From the NCBI RefSeq assembly GCF_009914755.1, contig NC_060933.1: a stretch of DNA of 64,000 nucleotides, one strand, 5' to 3'. The DNA comes from the human T2T-CHM13v2.0 reference genome, Homo sapiens. Under the pieces are notes generated by a model. The model ran no database searches. It was not told the origin of the DNA and saw nothing but the letters and a program-made list of their open reading frames with translations. Positions 29,277-48,856 of the stretch are shown in pieces (the first letter of the stretch is position 1; each line of letters opens with the position of its first letter). A program made the position numbers and the translations under genes.

Positions 29277-29860
29277 TTATAAAACCATAAGAAAAGATCC
29301 CTTCCAGGAAGAAAGTGCCCAACTAGTCAAACAACAGGGGCGACACAGGCAACATCTGACTGCTAATGGAGTTTCATGCCATTCAGCCACCTCTGTGAGC
29401 TCACAGCCAGGGCATACCTCAACAGGAAACTGAAATTTATGAGCAGTTCAAAAGGTAATACAAGCGTTGAGACAGAAAGGGATGGAGAATTTGTTTCTGG
29501 TTGTCAGAGGGGCCAAGGTAATGCAGATAAGGTGCTAAGGAAAGATCATAGACAGATACAAGTTCAAGGACACCAGAATAAATCAGTCTGAACTCCTACT
29601 TTTACAAAGAAGAAATATGAGACCCCACGAGTTCAGATGCCCTGTCTTAGAGAATCACATCTTCAAGTTTGCCCCAGCAGGGGCTCTCCTGAGAAACCCT
29701 CCTTCCTCTCAGCAACTGCTACTCCCATTCAGAGAACCATCACATTGAGTCAGGCTGACCTGCTTAAGTATCTCTTTTTCCCTGACTGGAAGCTCCTAAT
29801 GGGCAGAGACAGTGAGCCGCGTTTTCCTAAGGGCTGGCACACACAAAAAAACACTTTGTA

Positions 29861-30308
<448 letters not shown>

Positions 30309-30954
30309 TTAAAGTCACATGAGGAGTGGGGTTCTGGCTCTTCTTAGTGTTGTATTCTAGGGAAAGCGACTTATTGACTCTAATCCATAATTATCTACCC
30401 TGCAACACTGTCATCAAGAATTAATTAGGTCCATTATGTAGCCCACAGAGAACAGTGCCCAGCTCAAAGTGAGCAATGCCTCTCACACGACATCATAAAC
30501 CTCCCCACGTTTCTCACATTTCTGACTTGAGGATGTATTACATCCACGATGTACATTTAAAGGACGTAATATTTCTTTCTTTCTAAAAAGCAATTAATAA
30601 ATCCATGAAGCCCCTAACAATGGGTACTGCTTTCAAATGAAGGTCATTCAACAATTTCTTTTCCTTTTTCCTGCCATCGATATTGGCCTAGATCAATGTT
30701 CTTCAAACTTCTGGTCAAGAAGCATCAAGGGTTATGAAATCCAGTCTCGGGTCATGAACACCATTCACTATGAACAGCATAGTGAACATGGACTGCACAG
30801 AATAATAATACAATAGTCCCTCTTTATCAATGGCGGAAATATTCCAAGACCCTCAGGGGATGTCTGAAACTGAGAATAGTACCAAACCTTAAATACAGTG
30901 TTTTCTCCTATACACATACCTATGATAAAGTTTAACTTATAAACTAGGCATAGC

Positions 30955-31405
<451 letters not shown>

Positions 31406-32662
31406 TCAAAATCTTATTGTACTATACTGTGAGTAACTGCAAGTGCAGAAAGTCTAAGGGGGGTGCCATTGTATGCATTTTTTCATGAGATGTGTTTCAC
31501 TGTGTGTGTGCATATCCACGTGCATATGCATATACATAATGTATTTCTGGTCAAAGATGTTTGAGAAACACTGACCTAACTGCAATAGATAAACCTAGGA
31601 CAGGTAAGCGTGGTCCTGGTGGGCAAACACATTGCTGCCTCACTGGTTTTGCCATTTTGAATCAAGAACTTGAAGAAGTTTAGGGGTTGGGGGAAGAGGT
31701 ATAAGTGGGAAGGAGGAGGGACATACGAGGGTGGGGTAGAGTGAGGGAGGCTGAGTGTGTGGGCGTCCACGCACGCCTGCTCACAGGGCTAAACACACAT
31801 ATTGTCCCTTTCCTGCCTAGTTCACGTCTCTTCCAATAATGATTATGACAACCTATAAATGGGAAACTGCATGATTCTTTAAAACATCAAAGGGGAATAT
31901 TCATTTTATTTTGGGTTCTAATGTCATTATATTATGCAATTAGTCTTTGACTTTAAAAAATCTTAAAAGTAAATATTACATTAGCTAATAATACAGTCAA
32001 TCCAAAGCAAACCTCAGCCATGTTCCTTGGGAGGCCCTAGGACAACAAAGAGAACTAAAACCATGGTTCCTGTTCTCGAGAGGCATGCTGTCTTCCCAGG
32101 GCATCAGACAGTGAAGTAAGTGTATTAAAGGGAGATGCTGGAGGCCATGGAGACACTCCCAGCAGCTCCTACCTCAGGCCAGTAAGGCTATTTCAAAGGA
32201 GAATGAGTGTGAAAGGAATCCTGACACAAAGTGCCTTCAGGCACTGTTAGTAATAGGACCTGGCTACCACCATGAGGTATAGCTGTGAAAGATGAAACAG
32301 GAAATGAGACTGGACAGCAGACAGGAGCTCAGTGAAGGAATACCTCCCCAAAGTGCCCCCACATTCATCTCCACCTTGGATAAAACCAAAATGGCACCCT
32401 TAAATAAGGTCAAAGCAGCCAATGTCAAAGGCAAAGTCACGGCAGGATTCACACTCTGAAGAATGACTTTACAACATGGGAAAGAGTGTGTGAGTTATGA
32501 AACCGTGAAACAAAATTAACTCGGTATCATTAGTATAGCCATTTTATATTGAATTTAAAATGAAGTTATGAAAGTGATTACAGGCAAAAGTAGATATTTA
32601 AATCATCTGGGAGTTTCTGTCCTCTAATACGAAGAGCTCTATTTTCCTGAAGATCTGCATGG

Positions 32663-32700
32663 GTGCGTGCACGCGTGTGTGTGTGTGTGTGTGTGTGTGT
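32663..32700. repeat. (TG)n alternating purine-pyrimidine tract
   Basis: gtgcgtgcacgcgtgtgtgt...gt, about 200 nt from the exon 3 donor. Confidence 0.9.
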
Positions 32701-32857
32701 TTATCTATACAAACCTACACACACATACATGGACAACAGTATAGGAAGCCATCTTTGTAATAGAACAATGAATACATTTGATAAGTTGTTCCATTAAAAA
32801 AAAAAAACTAGGAGAAAGGTTCATAATGTAAGCCTCTGTGAAACAATGCAAAGATTA

Positions 32858-33004
<147 letters not shown>

Positions 33005-34572
33005 TCAGTAAAGGCATTATGCAACTTAGAAATACTGAACTGACATTATAGATTGAGGGAACGTGAATGCTTCTTGTTTAGTATACCATTTTTAAAAGTA
33101 AGCACAAAAGGATTAGAGAAGATCTTTAGGTAAGTAATTCAAATAAAGTTTAAAAAGCAACCAACCAACTTACTTCATCCTTAAATGGGGTCACCAAACT
33201 AAGATGTATGACATAGGTAAAATCAATTGTGTTGCAAAATTAATTCTACTCATACTTAATAGTCAGTAAAGGCTACTTTATTTAAAAATAATAAAGACTG
33301 CTTAAGAGTTGAAAACACATTATTGGTGATTAATAACTATATAATCCCGTATCTTTATCCTGGTTTTTTTATTCTAACATAAGAGAGGTTACGAACTCAG
33401 CTCCAGTAAGACTATTTCAAAGAAGAAGGTTTAAAGGGATGAGAACTCTGGAACTTGTAAAAAGAAATAAAAGCAGCCAAAGCATAAATGTATATATCTG
33501 TTTATTACTATTTTGAGTACTGTATGGCAAATGACATCATAGTCTGTAACAATCTAAACCCTGAAATAGAAAAAGGATCAACCAAATAGAAAACAGCTTA
33601 AGATTTAAAAACACACATGCATGCTATTGTACAACCGGACCTTTTTCCACTTGTTACCTTTCATAAAATTTCAAAAATAAAAGCAAACTAGGATAACATG
33701 CAGGTAAGCCGACACAATGGGCACTTTCTGCTACTGCAGCAAAACATCTCTCACATGTGTCCCAGCATCAAGCCTGGTCCTACACTTTTTGGGACCATAT
33801 AAAGGTCAAGTTACGTATGTCTCATTAAAAAAACAATTCTAAAAATTAGCATCGGTTGTTCACACAGACTGTATCTTTCCTTATAGTTTCTAAAGACATA
33901 TGAACTCATATTATCAATACAAATTATTCTTCAAATTTCCTATTTACTCTTTGATTAAGGGAAGAAAAGCTTAACACAAGAACACTTTGTTAAGTGACAA
34001 TTTTGCTTTTCATTTTGAAATTAAATACAAAATACTAGCTCATAATATAACAACATGTGCTAAATCATAAAAATATCTATCATAATAAAAGAAACATGAC
34101 ATCAAAATGAAAATATATTAAATTTTGAAAATAATAAATTATATAATAGTAAAGATACTCAAAATCTTAATATTTATAAAAAGTATTATAAGAAGAGATC
34201 TTAATATCTATCATCTCTTAGGACAGCCCACTTGACAAGAGGGTTGAAGAAGGGTTAAGCATGTAGCAAATTCTCCAAGATTCAAGGGACACAAAGGCCT
34301 TCAAAAGAATCCCATTTACTACTTGACAACAAGCATGAAATCTTGATTATTTAAGAACAACTTGCTTGGTCAGGAAGTGTCATGTAACAATACAGCTACT
34401 CAAGAAGAAATTATAATAATATAATAAATCGGAGACTAGGAAACCAGCTCTTGAGTAATTTGTCTTCCTAATCCATCGGCACTTCAGTCAATACCACAAG
34501 TCCCGATTCTGGGTGGCATTCTGTCTTGGTGAAATCTGGTAGAGTCCCTGAAGTCAGAAAATAATTTCATTA

Positions 34573-34833
<261 letters not shown>

Positions 34834-36759
34834 CTGTAAGAAAGGGAACAAATAGAAGCATTTCTAAAAGGCTCTTTTATCAGTGCCTTCACGACCCATT
34901 GATGGGTGAAGGAGGGATTACAAAGAACTAAAATAGCATGGCTTCTATGCTGGAGCCATCTTTGAATTGTTATAAAATATGTCATCCAGCTGGAGCTCCA
35001 ATTTTTACCATCTGAACTTTTTATCATGATACTATCATTAGGCTAGAAGTCTTTATACCTCCACAGGCACACGCTAATTATGCACAAAAAGCACAGCTGA
35101 TAATACTTTATATCTTCTTTTTAAGATTGAGCTATTTTTAAATGTTCTGAATATGAAGTTGACTTGAGTATTTTAATGTAATAGAAAATAAAAAACATCC
35201 ATGAGTGTTTAATAATAGTCTGTGCCTAAGAAATGTTTTTGAAGTTCTTATGTTTTATATGAATTTCTGGCTTCTCATTTAGGTGTAAAAAAATCTCTAT
35301 GCATTACTGTCTAACGAATTTTTTTCCCAGTTTCTCTTCATTTCTTAGAAAAAAGTAAAATAATTTATTCCACATGTAACAATTTAAGCAATCTTTTAAC
35401 TAAAGATTGCTTTATATGCTTGATCTCACTTCATTCACACGAAGAAACCATATTTTAGTAAAATAATAATAAATTCCACTTACTGAGGAGGTATACTAGT
35501 CCCAGTGACAGTAGATAAAATCTCATAAGCCTGACTTCCTACCCCTGAAGGCCATGCTAAAAAGAACAATGGAGTTACACAGTGAGACTCAGGTGGAGCT
35601 GGCTCAGCGGCTCCAGCTGCCCCTCCCATCCCACAACCCTTCATCACCCATGGAAGCCAGAAGCAGGAATCGCAGAGGAGGGAAGGCTGCCTCTCAACAG
35701 GTGCAGGCCTTCACAGGCTCTGACACTCCCCAGGGCAGGCAGGATATTCAGCAATGTAATTTCAAAAGACTAGTGGTAAATAAAGTGAGTTTAAAATCCT
35801 CAACAACCATAATTAACAGGTAAAATGCTCCCAATTAAATACCCAAGATATCAACAAAGGAGGTTCCCATTACTAAAGAAGAAATTTGAAACGACTGTAC
35901 AATTTGGCTGCAGTGCAAAAAAATCTAGATCGGGAAAGTTTTAAAATACCTAAAAAATGTGCAGTCTTCATGTTCACTTGGGCAGCACACACACTAGAAC
36001 ATTTACAGTTTTGAGAAGGATCATGTCTAAATGAAAAGAAAGTTTAATAATAGAGGGAATATATGCAACTGTCAAAATGGCACTTAGCCAAAAATCTAGA
36101 TAATGTCCATGCCTCCTCATTGTCTTCCTCATCCAAGCTATCATCACCACCTGTCAAGTCTACCACCAAAATAAATGTGTGTGATCCGACTTGACTGCAT
36201 GCACTTCCTTCCACCTCATTGCCACCCCTCAGCCTAGCCCTGGAGTGTTGCACTTGTCTACTGCCAGGCTGGGCCTGCCCGTCTCCAATTCATTCTCTAT
36301 GCAGTAGACAGAAAAAACTTTAGCAAATGTAAATGAGACCAGCACATTCCCCTGGGTAAAACCTCTCTTCACGCTTCCTTGAAAAGAAACTTAAACTCCC
36401 CGTAGATACTCCCAGCTGCTTGCTGGAGTCTTGAAGACCCTGCAAAACATGGCTCCAGCACCGTCTCTGACAGCCCTTATTTCCTCTCTCCCCAGCTCAC
36501 CACGGTCCAGCCCATGCCTCTCATCTGCTTCATGCACACAACAAATCCTTTCTGCTGATTCCAGTTAATTATCCTGGGCTTTATTCGTTCACTTAGTTAC
36601 CGCTTCCTCTACTGGTGTGTAAATTCCCTGTCTTCCTAGAATGCAGCATATGCCTGGCAAACACTCAAAAAATACTGAATTAAGGAATGAATAATTCACC
36701 GGTATTCCTCATAGTACAGTTCTAAGCTAAATGCCACAGCAAAACGCTTCTCCAGATGA

Positions 36760-37079
<320 letters not shown>

Positions 37080-37458
37080 AGTAATTTAATTTTTAAAAGG
37101 TAATTCCCCACCAAAAAAAATTTTAAGGTATTTTTATGTTGCCTGTGTGAAATTTAATTAGTAATATCTCATTTTATAAATATAATAATAGTTTATACTT
37201 GCATACATTTACACTATGCTCTTGGCAATATATTAAATACTTTATTCATACTAATTTAATCATTACAGCAACACTATGAAATGGGTACTATTATCATCTC
37301 CATTTTACAGAGGCACCAAGAGATTACATAATTGCCCAAAGTAAGATTATGTAAAAACTGAAAGGAAGTAACTGCTAGTTAACAGCAGAGCTATGATTGT
37401 GGAATATGAATCCAGGGTCTGGCTCTAAAGTCTGTGTCCTTAAAGAAACAAACTGAAG

Positions 37459-37770
37459 AGGCGGGGCACAGTGGCTCACACCTGTAATCCCAGAACTTTG
37501 GGAGGCCGAGGTGGATAGATCACCTGAGGTCAGGAGTTTGAGACCAGCCTGGCCAACATGGTGAAACCCCATCTCTACTGAAAATAACAAAAATTAGCTG
37601 GGCGTAGTGGCAGGAGCCTGTAATCCCAGCTACTTGGGAGGCAGAGGCAGGAGAATCACTTGCCCAGGAGGCAGAGGTTGCAGTGAGCCGAGACCGCACC
37701 ATTGCACTGCAGCCTGGGAGACAAAGTGAGACTGATTCAAAAAAAAAAAAAAAAAAAAAGAAAAAAAAAA
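37459..37770 (+). mobile_element. Alu (AluSx-like)
   Basis: Full dimer with poly(A); TSD similar to aagaaacaaa..actgaaga. Confidence 0.95.
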
Positions 37771-37889
37771 GAAACAAAGAAACTGAAGAAACTAACAAAC
37801 TGATGAATTTCTTATATATTTCATATGGCACTAGATGCAGATCAGTTTAGATATTTGGGAACCCAGTAAAATGAAGAACTTTTTGATAA

Positions 37890-38228
<339 letters not shown>

Positions 38229-38232
38229 TGCA

Positions 38233-38540
38233 GGCCTGGAACAGTGGCTCATGCCTGTAATCCCAGCATTTGGCAGGCGGTCACAGGAGCATCGCTTGAG
38301 GCCAGGAGTTTGAGACCAGCCTGGGCAACATACCAAGACCCCATCTCTAAAAAAAAAAAATTTTTTTTTTTAATTAGCCATGCATAATAGCAGATGCCTA
38401 TAGTCCCAGCTACTCTAGAGGCTGAAGCAGGAGGATCGCTTGGACCCAGGAGTTCAAGGCCTCTGTGAGCTAGGATAGCACCACTGCACTCCACACTCCA
38501 GCCTGTGTGAGACAGCCAGACTGTCTAAAAAAGAAAAAAA
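38233..38540 (+). mobile_element. Alu (AluJ-like)
   Basis: gaggccaggagtttgagaccagcctgggcaaca. Confidence 0.9.
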
Positions 38541-39227
38541 GGCAAACAACCTTCGCTCAGCAATAGAAATGTATCTGATTGTTTTAAATGCAAACAGCTT
38601 TAGGAATCATGCAGTGCACTGATCCTCAATATGCTGCTCCACAACCTCTGGGGCTGGGAGGGGTGAAAACATGGTGCTGTAGTTGTGATGACCAGGGAGT
38701 GTGGGTGATGGCTGCTGCCAGCATCTGGTTAATTAAAGTACCCTGTGCCATCGGCCACATGTGGGATGATCACACCTGTTGGGCATATCTGACCCTGCTG
38801 GGAATCTGAGTCTTGACAGGTAGAACTCAGTCATTCAAAGGCTCTCTTAATCTAGATCCCTAGAGGTATCTGAGCTCATGTTCTTAATAATGTAAGGTGT
38901 TTCTCTCAACATTTTAAATCAATATTTTTAAATATTTCACTCCACTCTCTTCTTCCTTACATGGTTTCTGAGGAGAAGTTGAATGTTCTGCTCCTCTACA
39001 GGTAAAGTGCATTTTTCTTCCGGCTTCCATTCAAAATAAGAAAGCTTCCTGTATTAGTGGTATGGTGTCTGACATTAACTTGGAAAATTCTCAGTAATTA
39101 CTGTTTCAGATATTTCTCTTTTAAAAAATTTTTTATTCCCGTAGGTTTTGGGGGAACAGGTGGTATTTGGTTACACGGTAAGTCCTTTAGTGGTGACTTG
39201 TGAGATTCTGGTGCACCCATCTCCCAT

Positions 39228-39548
39228 TGCAGAAGACAATTTTTTCATGGACCAGGGCGGGGGCAGGGATGGGGGGGATGTGTTTGTGGGATGAGAAACT
39301 GTTCCACTTCAGATCATCAGGCATTAGTCACATTCTCATATGGAGCGTGCAACCTAGATCCCCTGCATGTGCAGTTCACAAGAGGATTCATGCCCCTATG
39401 AGAATCTAATGCCGCCACTGATCTGACAGGGAGCGGAGCTCAACCAGTGATGCTCACTGGCCTACTACTTACCTCCTGCTGTATGGTCTGGTTCCTAACA
39501 GGCCACGGACTGGTACCGGTCTGTGGCCCGGGGCTTGGGGAACCCTGC
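39228..39548 (+). mobile_element. hAT-Charlie MER1B-like element
   Basis: aaactgttccacttcagatcatcaggcattag, caacctagatccc, gagaatctaatgccgcc; end gggcttggggaaccctg. Confidence 0.85.
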
Positions 39549-40154
39549 TTTAGAGGAAAGGAAGATGTGCTATTGGGAAGGTGTGCAAGAATGGCACCAA
39601 GATGCTGGCAATATTCTATTTCCTGACCTGTGTGGCAATGACTATCTATCCACATTTTAATAACTCACCAAAGTATAAATCGTATTTATATGCTTTTCAA
39701 TATGTTACTTTCTACAATTAAAAAATAGTTTTTAAAACCTCCACAGGCTGGCAAGATGGCCGAATAGGAACAGCTCTGGTCTGCAGCTCCCAACAGGATC
39801 AATGCAGAAGGCAGGTGATTTCTGCATTTCCAACTGAGGTACCCGGCTCATCTCACTGGGACTGGTTAGACAGTGGGAGCAGCCCATGGAGGGTGAGCAG
39901 AAGCCAGGTGGGGTGTCACCTCACCCAAGAAGCACAATGGATTGGGGAACTCCCTCCCCTAACCAAGGGAAGCCGTGAGGGACTGTGCCGTGAGGAATGG
40001 TGCATTCCAGCACAGACACTACGCTTTTCCCATGGTCTTCGCAACCTACAGACCAGAAGATTCCCTTGGGTGCCTACACCACCAGGGCCCTGGGTTTTAA
40101 GCACAAAACTGGGCGGCCATTTGGGCAGACACCGAGCTAGCTGCAGGAGTTTTT

Positions 40155-40373
40155 TCATACACCAGTGGCACCTGGAACACCAGCGAGACAGAACCGTTCA
40201 CTCCCTTCAAAAGGGGGCTGAAGCCAGGGAGCCAAGTGGTCTAGCTCAGTGGATCCCACTCCCAAGGAGCCCAGCAAGCTAAGATCCATTGGCTTGAAAT
40301 TCTGGCTGCCAGCACAGCAGTCTGAAGTCAACCTGGGATGCTTGAGCTTGGTGGGGGGAGGGGCGTCCCCCAT
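40155..40373 (-). CDS. L1 ORF0-like open frame (72 aa)
   Basis: MGDAPPPTKLKHPRLTSDCCAGS... resembles the L1 ORF0 N-terminus (MAGAPPP...SDCCAS); start context gtaATGg. Translation is not demonstrated. Confidence 0.45.
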   Translation of the reverse strand: MGDAPPPTKLKHPRLTSDCCAGSQNFKPMDLSLLGSLGVGSTELDHLAPWLQPPFEGSERFCLAGVPGATGV

Positions 40374-41048
40374 TACTGAGGCTTGAGAAGGCGGTTCTCC
40401 CCTGACAGCGTAAACAAAGCCGCAGGGATGTTCGCTCAGCAAAGCCGCTGTAGCCAGACTGCCTCTCTAGATTCCTCCTTTCTGGGCTGGGCATCTCTGA
40501 AAGAAAGGCAGCAGCCCCAGTCAGTAGCTTATAGATCAAACTCCCATCTCCCTGAGACAGAGCACCTGGGGGAAGGGGTGGCTGTGGGCGCAGCTATAGC
40601 AGAATTAAACGTTCCCGCCTGCTGGCTCTGAAGAGAGCAGCAGATCTCCCAGCACAGCATTTGAACTCTGCTAAGGGAAAGACTGCCTCCTCAAGTGGGT
40701 CCCTGACCCGCATGCCTCCTGACAAGGAGACACTTCCAAGCAGGGGTCGACAGACACCTCATACAGGAGAGCTCCGGCTGGCAACTGGCGGGTGCCCCTC
40801 TGAGACGAAGCTTCCAGAGGAAGGATCAGGCAGCAATATCTGCTGTTCTGAAACCTCCACTGGTGATACCCAGGCAAACAGCGTCTGGAGTGGACCTCCA
40901 GCAAACTCCAGCAGAGGGGCCTGACTGTTAGAAGGAAAACTAACAAACAGAAAGGAATAGCATCAACATCAACAAAAAGGACGTCTACATAAAAACCCCA
41001 TCCGAAGGTCACTAACATCAAAGACCAAAGGTAGATAAATCCATGAAG

Positions 41049-42061
41049 ATGAGTAAAAACCAGCACAAAAAGGCTGAAAATTCCAAAAACCAGAATGCCT
41101 CTTCTCCTGCAAAGGATCACAACTCCTCTCCAGCAAGGGAACAAAACTGGACGGACAATTAGTTTGACAAACTGACAGAAGTAGGCTTCAGAAGGTGGGT
41201 AATAACAAACTCCTCCAAGCTAAAGGAGCATTTTTTAACCCAATGCAAGGAAGCTAAGAATCTTGAAAAAAGGTTAGAGGAACTGCTAACTAGAATAATA
41301 TAAATGACCTGATTGAGCTGAAAAACACGTCATGAGAACTTCGTGAAGCATACACAAGTATCAATAGTTGAATCGATCAAGCAGAAGAAAGGATATCAGA
41401 GACTAAAGATCAGCTTAATGACATAAAGCATGAAGAGAAGGTTAGAGAAAAAAAAAATGAAAAGGAACAAACTAAGCCTCCAAGAAATTCGGGACTATGT
41501 GAAAAGACAAAACCTACGTTTAATTGGTGTGTGGTGTACCTGAAAGTGACAAGGAGAATGGAACCAAGTTGGAAAACACTCTTCAGGGTATCATCCAGGA
41601 GAACTTCCCTAACCTACCAAGACAGGCCAACATTCAAATTCAGGAAATACAGAGAATGCCACAAAGATACTCCTCGAGAAGAGCAACCCCAAGACATGTA
41701 ATTGTCAGATTCACCAAAGTTGAAATGAAGGAAAAAATGTTAAGGGCAGTCAGAGAGAAAGGTCGGGTTACCCACAAAGGGAAGTCCATCAGACTAACAG
41801 CGGATCTCTCTGCAGAAACTCTACAAGCCAGAAGAAAGTGGAGGCCAATATTCAATATTCTTAAAGAATTTTCAACCCAGAATTTCATATCCAGCCAAAC
41901 TAAGTTTCATAAGCGAAGGAGAAATAAAATCCTTTGCAGACAGGCAAATGCTGAGAGATTCTGTCACCACCAGGCCTGCCTTACAAGAGCTCTTGAAGGA
42001 AGTATTAAATATGGAAAGGAAAACCCAGTACCAGCCACCGCAAAAAAATACCAAATTGTAA
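41049..42061 (+). pseudogene. L1 ORF1 remnant (frameshifts and stops)
   Basis: ORF 41524-42117 contains IQENFPNL..QIQEIQR..RLTADLSAETLQARR. Confidence 0.9.
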
Positions 42062-42124
42062 AGACTATCGACTCTGTGAAGAAACTCCATCAACTAATGG
42101 GCAAAATAACCAGCTAGCATCACA

Positions 42125-45950
<3,826 letters not shown>

Positions 45951-47884
45951 CAATGCGAACACATGGACCCAGGGAGGGGAACATCACACACCGGGGCCTG
46001 TCAGGGGGTTGGGGGACTAGGAAAGGGATACCATTAGCAGAAATACCTAATGTAGATGACAGGTTGATGGGTGCAGGAAACCACCATGGCACGTGTATAC
46101 CTGGCTAACAAACCTGCACATTCTGCACATGTATCTCAGAACTTAAAATAAAAAAAAAAAAAAAAAAACTTCCAGATACACATTTACCATAAAGACATCA
46201 CCCCACAGGCAAAGAAAAAAGGAAAAAGTATTATAGTTTATAAATGTGAATAAAGATGGACAGTACTTGATGAATACAACAAAATTTTGCAAATTGTTGA
46301 AATAGTATGTATTTTCTGTTTGTTTGTTTTTTTAACTGAGTTCTCTGTCTGGAAATATTAAAACCACCCACCAGGATGGGCAGAGATAACAGTCCTAGCA
46401 CTTGCTCCCTCCTTTTCCTTCCAGTCCTCAAATAATGACTCCATTTTTCCAGTCCTGGCTCTAAGGAGGGGAAAATCCAAAACCTGCTTTCTGGACCCCC
46501 TATCTTACCTGTACGGCTACTGCTTTGCCCCAGAGGGCTTTGTCACAAAGAGGGAGAGACGTTCAATTCATTATTCACGGAGGAATAAGACAGTGTCACC
46601 CGAAGCAGACATATAAGGTGGCTTCCGTGCAGCTCCAAAAAATGCATGCCTTGAAAAATGGGGCTGATTCTTCAGATTTATGGTAATTTCAACTTTTTTC
46701 ACAGATGTACTACTTTTTTATCGCAGGTAATCTACAAACCTATTAGACAATTGACAGCTGACTATATTTTTTGCTCAATACCAAAATCCTTTATCTTGCT
46801 CCAAATGTAAGTCCTTGACTTTCTTATGATTCTGCCTAGTGTATGTACCTAAATTCATTTCATTACTAGCTCTTAGAGAAATACTGTTTAGCATTTTTAA
46901 GAAATAAAAAAGGTAAATGTTTTATAACATATTTCCTGAAAACTCAGGATGTTAACAAGTATTTTGTGCATACACGCACAGCATATACTAATGCAGCAAA
47001 AGCAACTGGCATGAAAAATCAGAAGGAAATCCACTTTTTCCATTTCTTGCATAATGTATCTTTTAGTGCATTTACCCAGTCCCTAAGGAATCAAAACAAA
47101 CCATGATTTCACCTTCTCCAAGTATGCAGACTAAAAACAACAGAAGCTGTTAGATCCCTCAGTAAGTATTTCCAGGAGAAAATAAAGAAATTAAATAAAG
47201 ACCTTCAGAAATTCCTATGCAGAGGGGACTAAAGCAAAGTCGTATGAGCAGAGAGATGCAGACGCTGGAACAGAAGGCAGTGTCCAGTGAAGGACCCACA
47301 CATGCTTGATCCTGTCCCTGTTTCCTGCCAGGTGGGAGCGGATCCTTCAGAAGCAGGAAGAGGTGAGGGGCTGGGATAAAGTACCAAGGGAAACCAGCCA
47401 TGGGGCCATGCAAACATCCAAGATACTGAAAAGGAACCAGTTCACAATGGCATCAGCTTAGGACCACTGCCATTGCCCTTCTTCTCACACATATAAATTG
47501 CTCAAGAGTTTGGTTGCTTGTTAAGTACTATTTTATGAACTCAAATAGCCATGATACAAAGATACACCACTGTCCACAGGGGCTCATGGTCTGAGTCACC
47601 GAGATAACATGGCTCAGATTCAAAGTACAGCAGGCAACAAAGAGTATTACCTCAGGACTAAAGGTTCCTCATTTTGGTGAATTCTATCCTTTAGGAGAAG
47701 GATATATTCAAAAACTTCATGGAAAATGTACCTTACAAGAACATGGAGCTCACCAAGCACAATTCATGAGAGCAGAAGGAAGTAAAAGCATTAAAACACT
47801 TGAGCAGTGTCTGAAGAAAGATAACAAAGAGGGAGGAGACGCTGGGTGACAGGCTGGGGCAATGCATCCTAATTCATTAAAAAC

Positions 47885-48590
47885 AAACAGAAAACCATCT
47901 CCCTTCACTTAGAACGGCTACTATCAAGAAAACAACGACAAGTGTTGATGAGGACACAGAGAAACCAGAACTCTCGTGCACTGCTGGTAGGAATGTAAAA
48001 TGGCGCAGCTGCTACGAAAAACAGTATGGTGGTTCCTGAAAAAACTAAACATAGAATTACCATTGATCCAGCAATCCCACTTCTAGGTATATACCCAAAA
48101 GAATTAAAAGCAGGGTTTCAAAGAGATATTTGTACACCCAATTTCATAGCAGCGTAACAGCCAAAAGTGAGAACAACTCAAATATCCATCAGTGGAGAAA
48201 AGGATACACGAAGTGTGGCATATGCACACACTGGAATATCATTCAGCCTTAAAAAGGAATGTAATTCTGATACATACAGGAATAAATCTTGAAAACACCA
48301 TGCTAAGTGAAATCAGACAAAATGCGGAAGGACAGATATTCTTTGATTCCACACAGATGAGGTACCTACAATAGTCAAATTCACAGAGGCAAATTAATTC
48401 ATGAGGGGAGACAGTAATGGAATGTTACTGCTTAATGGGTAGAGTTTCTGTTTGGGATAACGGGAAAGTTCTGGGGATGGATGGCGGCAATGGTTAAACA
48501 ATGTTAATGTAATCAATGCCACTGAATTACATGTAAAAGTGGTTAAGATGGTTACAATCTTATTTATATTTACCACAATTAAAAAACCAA
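47885..48590 (+). mobile_element. Old L1M (L1MB-like) 3' fragment
   Basis: gatccagcaatcccacttctaggtatatacccaaaagaatt; tgctaagtgaaat; ggttaagatggt. Confidence 0.85.
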
Positions 48591-48856
48591 CAACACACAA
48601 ATGACAAACCTACAGTGGCTCCAGTCCTGGCTGGCCCAGCAGAGGTGGGGCCTGGAGAACATGCTGCATCCCTGCCCTGCTGTCTCCTCAGGGCCCCCTC
48701 AGAACAGGGCTGCACACACTGCTAGTTGCCCACCCAGCAGCCCTAAGCTCTCCATTTCCTCTTTGTTAAGAGTTTTGTCCAGGAATCTCAAGGCCATATG
48801 TCTTAGGGAGACTGGGATATCCGCCAGTGCCAGGGGTGAATCTTGATTCACACAGA

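Noticed and set aside
46502-46511. Strong minus-strand donor CAG|GTAAGA
   Set aside because: I found no convincing acceptor at exon distance upstream; isolated donors are common in long introns.
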